Of a stretch of DNA of 43,980 nt, positions 8,585 through 17,130 are shown piece after piece (positions within the stretch are counted from its first letter, which is position 1; every line of letters begins with the position of its first letter). Source of the DNA: Ruminococcus sp. UBA7014 (GTDB lineage Bacteria > Bacillota > Clostridia > Oscillospirales > Ruminococcaceae); assembly GCA_002449575.1 (NCBI GenBank), contig DJXC01000029.1, forward strand, positions 1 to 43,980. The letters run 5' to 3'. Made by a program: the position numbers and the translations under genes. The notes under the pieces are model-generated. The model saw only the letters and a program-made list of their open reading frames with translations, made no database searches and was not told the origin of the DNA.

Positions 8585-10090
8585 TTATTCATCAATATTA
8601 AGACTTTTGATTTCGCTGAGAATATCAATCTGTCTCTGATGGAATAATAATTCTTTATCGTGAATAAAATATTCTTCTACACGATATTCACTGATAAACC
8701 TTGCACTGTAGGGATTGACTGTCAGTTCTGTTACAAGAATTGTCAGTTCCTGACCGCCGGGGAATACTTCATCTCCGAAACGGAACATATTGGAAGTCGC
8801 AGCCGAAACATCTTGTGCTGTCTGCTGAAAACTTGCAACACGGCGGTTGAAATCTCTCTTGATAACTTCAAACGGCTGTTCCGAAGCAGATTTCTGTACC
8901 AGTTCGGCTTCTTTCTGGAGCAGCTGCATAATACGGATAAGCTGTGTCTGCTTTTCACGGGAGAGGCTCTTTGCGCTGATGCCGTTGTCATAGGCAGTTC
9001 TTTCACGGTGGTAGAGTTCATGTAGGGCAGCAACTGATGCTTCTCTGGTGGTCATGTAGGGTTTCTTTTCTTTGAGCAGTTTCAGCAGTTCAGAAAGAAT
9101 GTCTTCTGTTTCGACAGCTTTTCTCATTTCTGCCATGACGGCATTGAGCAGAAGTCCTAACAAGGCATACCGTTCGTCAAATTTGGCACGTCTGGCTCTC
9201 GCCTTGATTTCGCCAGAAGCTCTGCCGGAAAGAATATCCTGCACCTGATAATCACTCTTATATTTCAGATACAGGTCATAATAAACAGAGAAATCCTGTG
9301 CAATTTGTTTATTCTGGAGATATTGGCTGATTAATCGTTCATCTACAGGAATTTTATGCTGTTCATAAAGCTGAATCATCTGGCTCAGGTCGTCCCAGCC
9401 ACGGGCAGTGACAAAGCTTTTGCCGTCAACAGTGGTTTCTACTTTATAGAAATTGCCTTTCTTGATTTCCAGATATGTCAGGATAGCATTATGTACACCG
9501 CTGACATAGGCAAATTCTTTCCATGCATCAAAATCCGGGTCAACATCGACACGCTTTAATCTGTCCCATGTTGCAATGTCAAATTCCCTGACAGAATGGT
9601 TATATTCCGGGGGATTTCCGGCAGTGACAACAATCCATCCGGCAGGCACTTCATGTTTGCCGAATACTTTATATTGCAGAAACTGGAGCATAATAGGTGT
9701 CAGCGTTTCAGAGACACAGTTGATTTCATCCAGAAATAAAATGCCATTTTTAATGCCGGAAGTTTCCATCATGTCATAGACCGAAGCAATAATTTCACTC
9801 ATAGTATATTCAGAAACGTCATATTCCTTCCCCTGATAGGTCGTGTGCTTGATAAGCGGCAGACCAAGTGCGGACTGTCTGGTATGATGTGTCATAGAAT
9901 AAGAAAGCAGTCCGATTCCCAGTTCAGAAGCGATTTGTTCCATAATGGCAGTTTTGCCGATTCCGGGAGGTCCCATCAGAAAAACAGGTCTCTGCTTATG
10001 CGGCGGAATGATATATCGACCTAGTTCATCCTTTGTGAGATAGGCAGTCACTGCATTTTTAATCTGCTCTTTGGCATCTTTTATATTCAT
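8585..10090 (-). CDS. MoxR/AAA_5-type AAA+ ATPase with long C-terminal helical extension
   Basis: 501 aa. Walker A GPPGIGKT, Walker B ILFLDEIN, sensor region VVTAGNPPEYN, then a ~250-aa helical tail. AAGGAGAG RBS. Confidence 0.85.
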   Translation of the reverse strand: MNIKDAKEQIKNAVTAYLTKDELGRYIIPPHKQRPVFLMGPPGIGKTAIMEQIASELGIGLLSYSMTHHTRQSALGLPLIKHTTYQGKEYDVSEYTMSEIIASVYDMMETSGIKNGILFLDEINCVSETLTPIMLQFLQYKVFGKHEVPAGWIVVTAGNPPEYNHSVREFDIATWDRLKRVDVDPDFDAWKEFAYVSGVHNAILTYLEIKKGNFYKVETTVDGKSFVTARGWDDLSQMIQLYEQHKIPVDERLISQYLQNKQIAQDFSVYYDLYLKYKSDYQVQDILSGRASGEIKARARRAKFDERYALLGLLLNAVMAEMRKAVETEDILSELLKLLKEKKPYMTTREASVAALHELYHRERTAYDNGISAKSLSREKQTQLIRIMQLLQKEAELVQKSASEQPFEVIKRDFNRRVASFQQTAQDVSAATSNMFRFGDEVFPGGQELTILVTELTVNPYSARFISEYRVEEYFIHDKELLFHQRQIDILSEIKSLNIDE

Positions 10091-10124
10091 AAAAATAATC
10101 TCTCCTTATTATTAAATTAAAAAA

Positions 10125-10895
10125 TTATAGTTTTAATTTTGCTGCCGGATTCTGATAGCCGATATGCTTGTCTTTATATTCCAGCAACAGAAGATAGCAT
10201 TCATGGTACTGATTCTGAATTGCATAATCTATCAGTTTCTGAATATTGGATTTTGTAACAAATCCGCTTTCCAGCACTTCTTTCAGCCCGTCAGCATCCT
10301 GCGTATCCATGCGGAATTTTGCCACTCTGGTGGCACACCGTTTTGCATATTTTCGGATTTCATCATCTGCCTGACAGATATGCAGAAGGTAATAGGCAAT
10401 GGCAGCTTTATATTTTGTATCACTGATTCTGCGGAACAAAATTCTTTTCTGTTCCGGATTTCTTTCACACAGAAATTTTTTCAGCAAAGCAGTATCATTC
10501 TGATTCTGATAAATATCATTCATTTGTACACGAAATGTACCTTCCGGAAAATGAAATTTCAGCAAACGTTCCGACCCATAGAAAGCATAAATATCAATCT
10601 TTTCCAGATTTGGCGGAAGTGTAAATGCTCTCAGATGTTCACAGCCTGAAAAAGCAGCTTCCTCTATCCGGGTTACTGTTTCCGGAATCTGAATTTTTTC
10701 CAGATTTCTACAGTTTTTGAATGCCCGGTACGGAATTTCTGTCAGACCGTCCGGCAGAATCACAGAAACTATCTGCTGACAGTTAAAAAAGCATTCTTTT
10801 CCCAGCGCATTGACTTCCTTCGGAATGATGATTTTTGTCATGCCGGGTTCTTCTGTATATCGGACAAGTTTCTTTTCTTCGATTTCAAAAGCCAT
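10125..10895 (-). CDS. Short BspA-type LRR protein with C-terminal helical domain, no signal peptide
   Basis: About 4-5 LRR units (F.NC..I..V.LP, AFKNCRNLEKIQIP, AFSGCEHLRAF) followed by a helical tail. The ORF track start is 10916. I prefer the ATG at 10895 (MAFEIEEKK), which has GGAGA 7 nt upstream and begins 1 nt after the upstream stop codon. Confidence 0.75.
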   Translation of the reverse strand: MAFEIEEKKLVRYTEEPGMTKIIIPKEVNALGKECFFNCQQIVSVILPDGLTEIPYRAFKNCRNLEKIQIPETVTRIEEAAFSGCEHLRAFTLPPNLEKIDIYAFYGSERLLKFHFPEGTFRVQMNDIYQNQNDTALLKKFLCERNPEQKRILFRRISDTKYKAAIAYYLLHICQADDEIRKYAKRCATRVAKFRMDTQDADGLKEVLESGFVTKSNIQKLIDYAIQNQYHECYLLLLEYKDKHIGYQNPAAKLKL

Positions 10896-10896
10896 G

Positions 10897-12339
10897 CTAT
10901 ATCTCCATAATATCATCTGTAGTTAAAATAATACGAATTGCCCAGACAGGCACATTGAAATTATTATACTCATCATCCAGAAAGACAAACGCTGTTTTAT
11001 AATCCGGTTCTCGTTCCGGAAATGTACCATAGCCATCTGTAAAATACAGCAAGCCTTTCAGATTAGTAAATTCTTTCTTTCTGATTAAATCATCCACATG
11101 TTGGAATACCGGTCGGAAATCCGTACCGCCGAATCCTTTCAGCTTCATATTTTTCAGATATTCGTCAAATTCTTCTTCTGTTGTGATTTTATAATCTTCC
11201 TGTATGTGGGCATCACACTGAATAATATGAATATTTACTTTTGAGAAAAAACTTTCCTGCTGTTTGAGAATATTATAAGTTTTCTGAATAAACATCTGTA
11301 CTGTCTTTCCAGCAACAGAACCGGAAGTATCAATTGCAATCACGAACTCCCGGATACGCTTGACATCTTTATATTCGAGCGGTTCAATCAAAGCGGCTTC
11401 TTCATAAATTGACCTGCCGTAACAGTAAAAATTATAATCAAATGAATCTGTATCCACTTTCATGACTTCACCACGGACAGCAAATTTCCGGAGAAAATTT
11501 TCATAATTGCAGCGTTCCCGGTTTACAGAAAGCAGATTCTGCATCAGGCTGCCGGCATCTTTTCCCTGCTGTTTAGAAAACGTTTCTAAATCCACCTGCA
11601 TTTGTTTTGCGAGTTTCTGCCACATTTTTTTCAGGGTTTCCCGTTCGGAAAGCGATTCTTCAGCTTCTCCGTCCACAGGATTTCCCATTGTCTTCTGCAT
11701 GGATGACAAAAATGACTGTCCTTGTTCCAGACCAGCCAGCACATCCGGTGCGCTATACCAGACATCATGGTTATCTCCCTCAAATAATTTCTGCATTGCC
11801 TGACAGTCTTCCTGTGAAAGTTTTGTATTCAGAAAATAATCATAAATTTTTTCTGCTGTCATATATTTGACATTTTTTTCCAGTCCCTGCAAAACAGTTG
11901 CCTGACTGTTTTCCGCTGATTTATCAATGTTGTCAAGATGCAGTTCCTGAATCATCTTTTCGACAGCAATATCACATGCCAGATTCCACAACGGTTTTTG
12001 GATTGTCGGACTTACAAACTGATGCTGAAAAATGCAGTGCATTATCATATGCAGATATATCCTTGTAATCCGTTTCTGATTTTGCTCAAACTGTTTCAGA
12101 ATATACGGCGGATAATAATAAAAATTCATGGCATCTGCGCCGATTGTCCCCTTATATGGAACAAAATTACATCTCCCGAGCGCATTTTTCATAAATTTCA
12201 GATTCATGAACAGGGTATTCCTTGCATATTCCAGAATCTGCCGGGCAAGGCTGTCCGCTTTTTCAAGTTTTGCCTGTTCCTCTGGAGAAAGTTGTTTTTC
12301 TTTTTCCGGGTCATGCGGCATATTATATAAAATTCCCAT
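10897..12339 (-). CDS. VWA (MIDAS) domain protein with N-terminal DUF2201_N-like putative metallopeptidase domain
   Basis: 480 aa. The N-domain has LHMIMHCIFQH where the family HExxH is expected. The C-terminal VWA domain has intact MIDAS residues: DTSGS, GGTD, and FTDGYG. Confidence 0.8.
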   Translation of the reverse strand: MGILYNMPHDPEKEKQLSPEEQAKLEKADSLARQILEYARNTLFMNLKFMKNALGRCNFVPYKGTIGADAMNFYYYPPYILKQFEQNQKRITRIYLHMIMHCIFQHQFVSPTIQKPLWNLACDIAVEKMIQELHLDNIDKSAENSQATVLQGLEKNVKYMTAEKIYDYFLNTKLSQEDCQAMQKLFEGDNHDVWYSAPDVLAGLEQGQSFLSSMQKTMGNPVDGEAEESLSERETLKKMWQKLAKQMQVDLETFSKQQGKDAGSLMQNLLSVNRERCNYENFLRKFAVRGEVMKVDTDSFDYNFYCYGRSIYEEAALIEPLEYKDVKRIREFVIAIDTSGSVAGKTVQMFIQKTYNILKQQESFFSKVNIHIIQCDAHIQEDYKITTEEEFDEYLKNMKLKGFGGTDFRPVFQHVDDLIRKKEFTNLKGLLYFTDGYGTFPEREPDYKTAFVFLDDEYNNFNVPVWAIRIILTTDDIMEI

Positions 12340-12377
12340 AGATTTCCCTTCTTTCCGGATAAAATCATACCGTTTCT

Positions 12378-12406
12378 ATTATAGCACAAATTCCGGAAGT
12401 CGTCAA
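12378..12406 (-). promoter_or_regulatory. Strong sigma-A promoter for the VWA-LRR-AAA operon
   Basis: Minus strand TTGACG (12401-12406), 17-nt spacer, TG-extended TATAAT (12378-12383). Confidence 0.6.
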
Positions 12407-12472
12407 TATCCAGAGAAAAAAATTTGCGCTGTGAAGGAATCTGTACGATATGCCGGAAATGTTGCGGACTTC

Positions 12473-12501
12473 TTGACAAATCTGCTAAAATATAGTAAGA
12501 T
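12473..12501 (+). promoter_or_regulatory. Possible promoter for the ABC transporter pair
   Basis: TTGACA (12473-12478), 17-nt spacer, TAAGAT (12496-12501). Confidence 0.4.
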
Positions 12502-12540
12502 AATATCAGTAAGCTATTGCTAACAAAGGAGATGCTTTTC

Positions 12541-13242
12541 ATGTTTCTTGAAGTCAATAACATCAAAAAAAGTTACGGCAGTGATGCCAGTTATATTCAA
12601 GTCCTCAAAGGGGTCACTACCAGTGTCGAAAAAGGACAAATGTGTGTAATTCAAGGCACGAGCGGTTCTGGCAAATCTACTCTGCTGAACTGTATCGGCG
12701 GTTTGGATACTATGGATTCGGGTTCAGTAAAAATTGATGGAAAGGAAATTTTTGGGTTAAGCCCTGCTGCCCTGTCTGACTATCGCCGTGATTATCTCGG
12801 CTTTATTTTTCAATTCTATAATCTTGTGCCGAATCTTACTGTACGGGAAAATATTCAGGTTTGCCAGTATCTGACAAACAATCCTCTTGATATGGAAGAT
12901 TTGCTTGCAACGCTTGGTCTGACAGAACATCAGCATAAATTTCCGGCACAGCTTTCCGGTGGTCAGCAACAAAGGTGCGCTATTGCCAGAGCCTTAATCA
13001 AGAATCCACGTCTTCTTCTCTGTGATGAGCCGACTGGTGCGCTGGATTCCAGAACTTCACGGGATATTCTGATTCTTCTGGAAAAAGTCAATCAGACCTA
13101 CGGGACGACAATGCTGATTGTCACTCATAACAATTCTATCAAAAACATGGTACATAAAGTCATCATTATTAAAGACGGACTGATTAAAAAAGATTATGAA
13201 AATGCGGTCCGCATTCCTGCCGCTGAACTGGAGGATTTATAA
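12541..13242 (+). CDS. ABC transporter ATP-binding protein (MacB/LolD-like)
   Basis: Walker A GTSGSGKST, signature LSGGQQQR, Walker B LLLCDEPTGALD. The ORF track starts at a TTG at 12517. I prefer the ATG at 12541, 9 nt after AAGGAG. Confidence 0.9.
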   Translation: MFLEVNNIKKSYGSDASYIQVLKGVTTSVEKGQMCVIQGTSGSGKSTLLNCIGGLDTMDSGSVKIDGKEIFGLSPAALSDYRRDYLGFIFQFYNLVPNLTVRENIQVCQYLTNNPLDMEDLLATLGLTEHQHKFPAQLSGGQQQRCAIARALIKNPRLLLCDEPTGALDSRTSRDILILLEKVNQTYGTTMLIVTHNNSIKNMVHKVIIIKDGLIKKDYENAVRIPAAELEDL

Positions 13243-13244
13243 TT

Positions 13245-15959
13245 ATGAATCAGGTACTCAGGAAACGTCTTCTGCGTGATTTGAAACATAATTTCGGTCG
13301 CTATCTTGCATTGATTCTGCTGATTGCACTCGGCATTTATATGATTGTCGGCATTGTCGGCATGGCAGAAGTTGTACTTCAGGGAACAGAAAACCAGAAA
13401 TCTGTGACTTTTGTGGAAGACGGACAGTTTTCTGTTTTTCTGCCGCTTTCTGAAAGTGAACTTTCAGAACTTTCCAAAAATAACACTATGATAGAAGAAA
13501 TGTTCTATACTGACCTGCAAGCCGAAGATGGTTCTAAACTCCGCATGATGAAAAACCGGAAACAAATTAATCTTATTGCTTTGGACGAAGGCAGACTTGC
13601 AGAAGCTTCCGGCGAAGCTGTCCTCGAAAAACGTTATGCCGCTGTGCATCATCTGCACTGTGGTGATACTGTCACTGCTGCCGGAACAGTTTTTACGATT
13701 ACCGGAATCGGCTCAACACCAGATTATGACCAGCCAATTGCTGCCTTTTCTGATGTTGCTGTCGAAAGCAGTCATTTTGGTCTGCTTTTCGTCACTGATG
13801 AACAATATCAGACTATCCGGAAAACTACTTCCCAGAAAGCTGAAGAATATCTTTACGCCTACCGCCTCGGTGATGGCATAACCAGCGAAAAACTGAAAGA
13901 AAAAATCAAAAACTTCGATTTTGATTATACCAAAGTTGAAGATAAATATTTTCGTCAGACAATTGATGAGGTTCTTGACAAAAAAAATGATATGAAAGAC
14001 GGTATCAGCGAATTATATGACGGCTCTCAGGAACTTTCTGACGGTCTTGCTGAACTTGAAAATTATGGAACTGACCTCAGTGATGCCGCCACACAGTTAT
14101 TTGATGCCTACCTGAAACAGGCAGAATCTACACTTGCTTCTCTGGGAAAAGAAATCACCCTCACAAAAGACAACTATGCCGAAGAACTTGACAAGGCTGT
14201 CGAAGAACTGGATTACCGCTCTCTCCGTGAACTCAAAGACGCTCTTGATGGCGTAAAAGCGTTTGCTGACGGTATGAGCGAATATAAAGACGGTGTCGGC
14301 GAAGCTTTTTCCGGCTCACAGGAACTTTCTGATGGCGTGAACGAACTCCGCAAAGAAACAAACAAGCTGCTGGACGAACTTTTCGAGATTGATATTGATA
14401 ATTTAATCACTTTTATCGTTGCCGAAGATAATGTCCGTATTGCTGCCGCTGCCGGTGATGTTGTCATGAATAAAAATGTCGGACTGATTGCCGGACTTGT
14501 GATTCTGATTCTTTTCACTTATGTCATTTCCGTTTTCGTCATTCATCAGATTGAAAAAGAAGCTTCTGTTATTGGTGCGCTCTACTCTTTAGGAGTAAAG
14601 AAAAAAGATTTACTGCTGCATTATATCACACTTCCGGTAATTATTGCATTTATTGGCGGTCTTATCGGCATGATTGTCGGGTTCAGTCCTGCCGGAATTG
14701 ATGTACTTGCTTCCAGTACTTATGATTATTATTCTGTTCCGAAATTTCCTGTCATTTATCCGGCATATCTGTTTGTTTACAGTCTGATTCTTCCGCCAGT
14801 GATTTCCGCCATTGTCAATACGATTGTCATTAATCAGAAACTCTCACAGACTGCCTTATCGCTTATCAAGAACGAACAAAAAGCTTCCAGTTACAAGCAA
14901 GTCAGCCTGAAATCCAAAAACTTTATCCGGGTATTTCAGATTCGGCAGATGCTCCGGGAATACCGTTCCGCTGTCGCTGTTATCGCCGGACTGATGGTTT
15001 GTATGCTGTTAGCAAATATCAGCCTTGATTGTGCTGTCATGTGCCAGGCAGTCAAAACAGATAACCTTGCTGATACCCACTATGAATATATGTATCTCTA
15101 CAAATATCCGGAAGATACTGTTCCCGGAAACGGTGAATCTGCTTATATAGAAACGCTCACGATTCCCTGTTATGACTATACACTGGATGTTTCCATTATC
15201 GGACTGAACTCCGGCAGCCGCTATTTTTCAGCGAATCCCCCGAAAAGCAAAAACAAAGTTGTCATCAATAATTCTCTGCATGAGCGTTTCAAGCTCAATC
15301 CCGGAGATACTTTCACCCTGGACAATTCTACAGGCGATATGAGCTATACTTTCACTGTCGATTCCATTGCACAGTATTCTGTCGGCTTTGCCGTGTTCAT
15401 GAATATCGAAAGTATGCGAGAATTGTTTGGTCAGGAAGAAGATTATTTCAACGTTGTTTATTCTGATAACGCTCTTTCTATTGATGAAGGCAGACTTTAC
15501 GCTGTCACCACAAAAGCCGATGTCGAAAAAAGTGCCGGTGTTTTTGTTGATATGATGCTTCCAATGGTTATTACACTGATTACTGTTTCTCTCCTGATTT
15601 TCTGTGTTGTGATGTATCTTATGATGGGCGTAATGATTGACCGTTCCGCTTCCGGTATCTCTCTGATGAAGATTTTCGGATACCGTGCAAACGAAATCCG
15701 GAAACTCTATCTGAACGGCAATACCCTGATTATTGCGCTCGGCTCTTTGCTATGCATTCCCGTCAGCAAAATCATTATGGATGCTCTCTATCCATCATTT
15801 ATTGCAAATGTTGCCTGTGGGATGAATATTAAATTTCCATGGTATCTGTATCTTGGCATTTACGCCGTCATCATGAGCGGATATTTTATCATTAATTTTA
15901 TGCTTGTCGGCAAAATCAACAAAATCACCCCAGCAGAAGTTCTTAAAAACCGTGAATAA
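13245..15959 (+). CDS. FtsX-family ABC transporter permease, tandem (two FtsX modules) with large extracytoplasmic insert
   Basis: 904 aa. N-terminal TM, a ~380-aa extracytoplasmic region with coiled-coil repeats, a TM bundle, a second extracytoplasmic region and a second TM bundle. Starts 2 nt after the ATPase gene stop. Confidence 0.85.
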   Translation: MNQVLRKRLLRDLKHNFGRYLALILLIALGIYMIVGIVGMAEVVLQGTENQKSVTFVEDGQFSVFLPLSESELSELSKNNTMIEEMFYTDLQAEDGSKLRMMKNRKQINLIALDEGRLAEASGEAVLEKRYAAVHHLHCGDTVTAAGTVFTITGIGSTPDYDQPIAAFSDVAVESSHFGLLFVTDEQYQTIRKTTSQKAEEYLYAYRLGDGITSEKLKEKIKNFDFDYTKVEDKYFRQTIDEVLDKKNDMKDGISELYDGSQELSDGLAELENYGTDLSDAATQLFDAYLKQAESTLASLGKEITLTKDNYAEELDKAVEELDYRSLRELKDALDGVKAFADGMSEYKDGVGEAFSGSQELSDGVNELRKETNKLLDELFEIDIDNLITFIVAEDNVRIAAAAGDVVMNKNVGLIAGLVILILFTYVISVFVIHQIEKEASVIGALYSLGVKKKDLLLHYITLPVIIAFIGGLIGMIVGFSPAGIDVLASSTYDYYSVPKFPVIYPAYLFVYSLILPPVISAIVNTIVINQKLSQTALSLIKNEQKASSYKQVSLKSKNFIRVFQIRQMLREYRSAVAVIAGLMVCMLLANISLDCAVMCQAVKTDNLADTHYEYMYLYKYPEDTVPGNGESAYIETLTIPCYDYTLDVSIIGLNSGSRYFSANPPKSKNKVVINNSLHERFKLNPGDTFTLDNSTGDMSYTFTVDSIAQYSVGFAVFMNIESMRELFGQEEDYFNVVYSDNALSIDEGRLYAVTTKADVEKSAGVFVDMMLPMVITLITVSLLIFCVVMYLMMGVMIDRSASGISLMKIFGYRANEIRKLYLNGNTLIIALGSLLCIPVSKIIMDALYPSFIANVACGMNIKFPWYLYLGIYAVIMSGYFIINFMLVGKINKITPAEVLKNRE

Positions 15960-16029
15960 TATTAATAATTGTGAAAGATTCCGGCGGATTATGAAATTCG
16001 TGTGAAAAATTATGAAAAGCAGATGAAAA

Positions 16030-16056
16030 TTAGCACTCTCCTATTGACAGTGCTAA
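16030..16056 (+). promoter_or_regulatory. CIRCE operator (HrcA binding site)
   Basis: TTAGCACTC-N9-CAGTGCTAA, against the consensus TTAGCACTC-N9-GAGTGCTAA (one mismatch). Confidence 0.75.
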
Positions 16057-16072
16057 TTTTTTGTTGTATAAT
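16044..16072 (+). promoter_or_regulatory. Consensus sigma-A promoter overlapping CIRCE, upstream of hsp20
   Basis: TTGACA (16044-16049), 17-nt spacer, TATAAT (16067-16072). The leader before the ATG is about 130 nt. Confidence 0.6.
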
Positions 16073-16208
16073 ATAATCAGAACAAGGGAAAAGTACCAAA
16101 GAGGGTACAGAGAAAGATATGATTCAGAAAGAGGTTCATGCCCTCAAAAGTATAAAATCCCGGTGTTCCAGAAAAATATATTTTTACTATCGGAAGGAGT
16201 TTTGACTT

Positions 16209-16652
16209 ATGTTATTCCCTGAAGTTTTTGGCAGAAACAATTTTGACCCGTTTGATGATTTCTTCTGCGACCCGTTTGACAGACAGCAGCACAGAATGCC
16301 CCCTCACCCGCCTGTTCAGGTGATGAAGACGGATGTCAAGGAAACAGATACCGGCTATGAACTGGCTGTTGACCTCCCCGGTGTCAAGAAAGAAAACGTC
16401 AAAGCCGAACTCAATGACGGCTACCTGACTATCAGCGCAACTACCGAAGAAAACAACGACCAGCAGGACGAAAACGGCAAGTATATCCGCCGTGAACGTT
16501 TCTCCGGCAGCTACAGCAGAAGCTTCTTTGTCGGCAAAAATATCACCGAAGCTGATATTAAAGCAAAATTTGCTGATGGTGTTCTGAAACTGGACATTCC
16601 GAAAACAGAGCCTTCTGCTCCGGAAAAGAAATATATCAGCATTGACGATTAA
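16209..16652 (+). CDS. Hsp20/alpha-crystallin family small heat-shock protein
   Basis: 147 aa. Alpha-crystallin domain: DVKETDTGYELAVDLPGVKKENV...L.ISA...RRERFSGSYSRSF.V...GVLKL.IPK. GGAAGGAG RBS. Confidence 0.9.
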   Translation: MLFPEVFGRNNFDPFDDFFCDPFDRQQHRMPPHPPVQVMKTDVKETDTGYELAVDLPGVKKENVKAELNDGYLTISATTEENNDQQDENGKYIRRERFSGSYSRSFFVGKNITEADIKAKFADGVLKLDIPKTEPSAPEKKYISIDD

Positions 16653-16678
16653 CCATCTCTCAATAGAAACCCACAGAA

Positions 16679-16727
16679 AGCACCGCCGTCCGGTATTCTT
16701 ACCGGATGGCGGTGCTGTTTATTTTTT
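16679..16727. terminator. Strong hairpin terminator between convergent hsp20 and the 141-aa ORF
   Basis: AGCACCGCCGTCCGGTA / TACCGGATGGCGGTGCT (one G-U pair), followed by GTTTATTTTTT on the plus strand. The stop codon of the minus-strand ORF (16699-16701) lies inside the hairpin. Confidence 0.75.
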
Positions 16728-17124
16728 CAGAATCAAATAATATATATCTTGTCGGCGTTCCGGCAGACTGTTCTGTTTCAATGACAGCCATTCTGTCAGA
16801 AATCATGATAACAGGCATACCGTTTCCCAGCGTCAGTTTTAAGGCTTCCGGCAAAGTACAGGACATTCCGTCAAATTCAGAATGATAAGCTATAAGATGC
16901 CACAATCCGGATATCTGATACTGTTCTGCTGCTGCGATGATTTCGTCAGAAGACAGCTTTCCGCTTCTGATGATTTTCTGATGCTTTAACAATTCAGCTG
17001 TTCCATGACTGAAACGCCCAATACAATTCCGGCGTTTCTTTCCGTTCAGCTCATAAAGCATTCTGTCGCGCTTTTCTTTGACAATAAACCGACGAATAAA
17101 ATTTTCTTCTGTCTGATTCAGCAT
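16699..17124 (-). CDS. Hypothetical protein downstream of aspS
   Basis: 141 aa, ordinary composition, no family recognised. It starts 6 nt after the aspS stop and has only a weak RBS. Confidence 0.5.
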   Translation of the reverse strand: MLNQTEENFIRRFIVKEKRDRMLYELNGKKRRNCIGRFSHGTAELLKHQKIIRSGKLSSDEIIAAAEQYQISGLWHLIAYHSEFDGMSCTLPEALKLTLGNGMPVIMISDRMAVIETEQSAGTPTRYILFDSEKINSTAIR

Positions 17125-17130
17125 GAAACA

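Noticed and set aside
12128-12566. ORFs of 131 aa (+) and 120 aa (-) spanning the divergent promoter region
   Set aside because: They overlap the 5-prime end of the VWA gene and the intergenic promoters. They have no RBS and an implausible composition.
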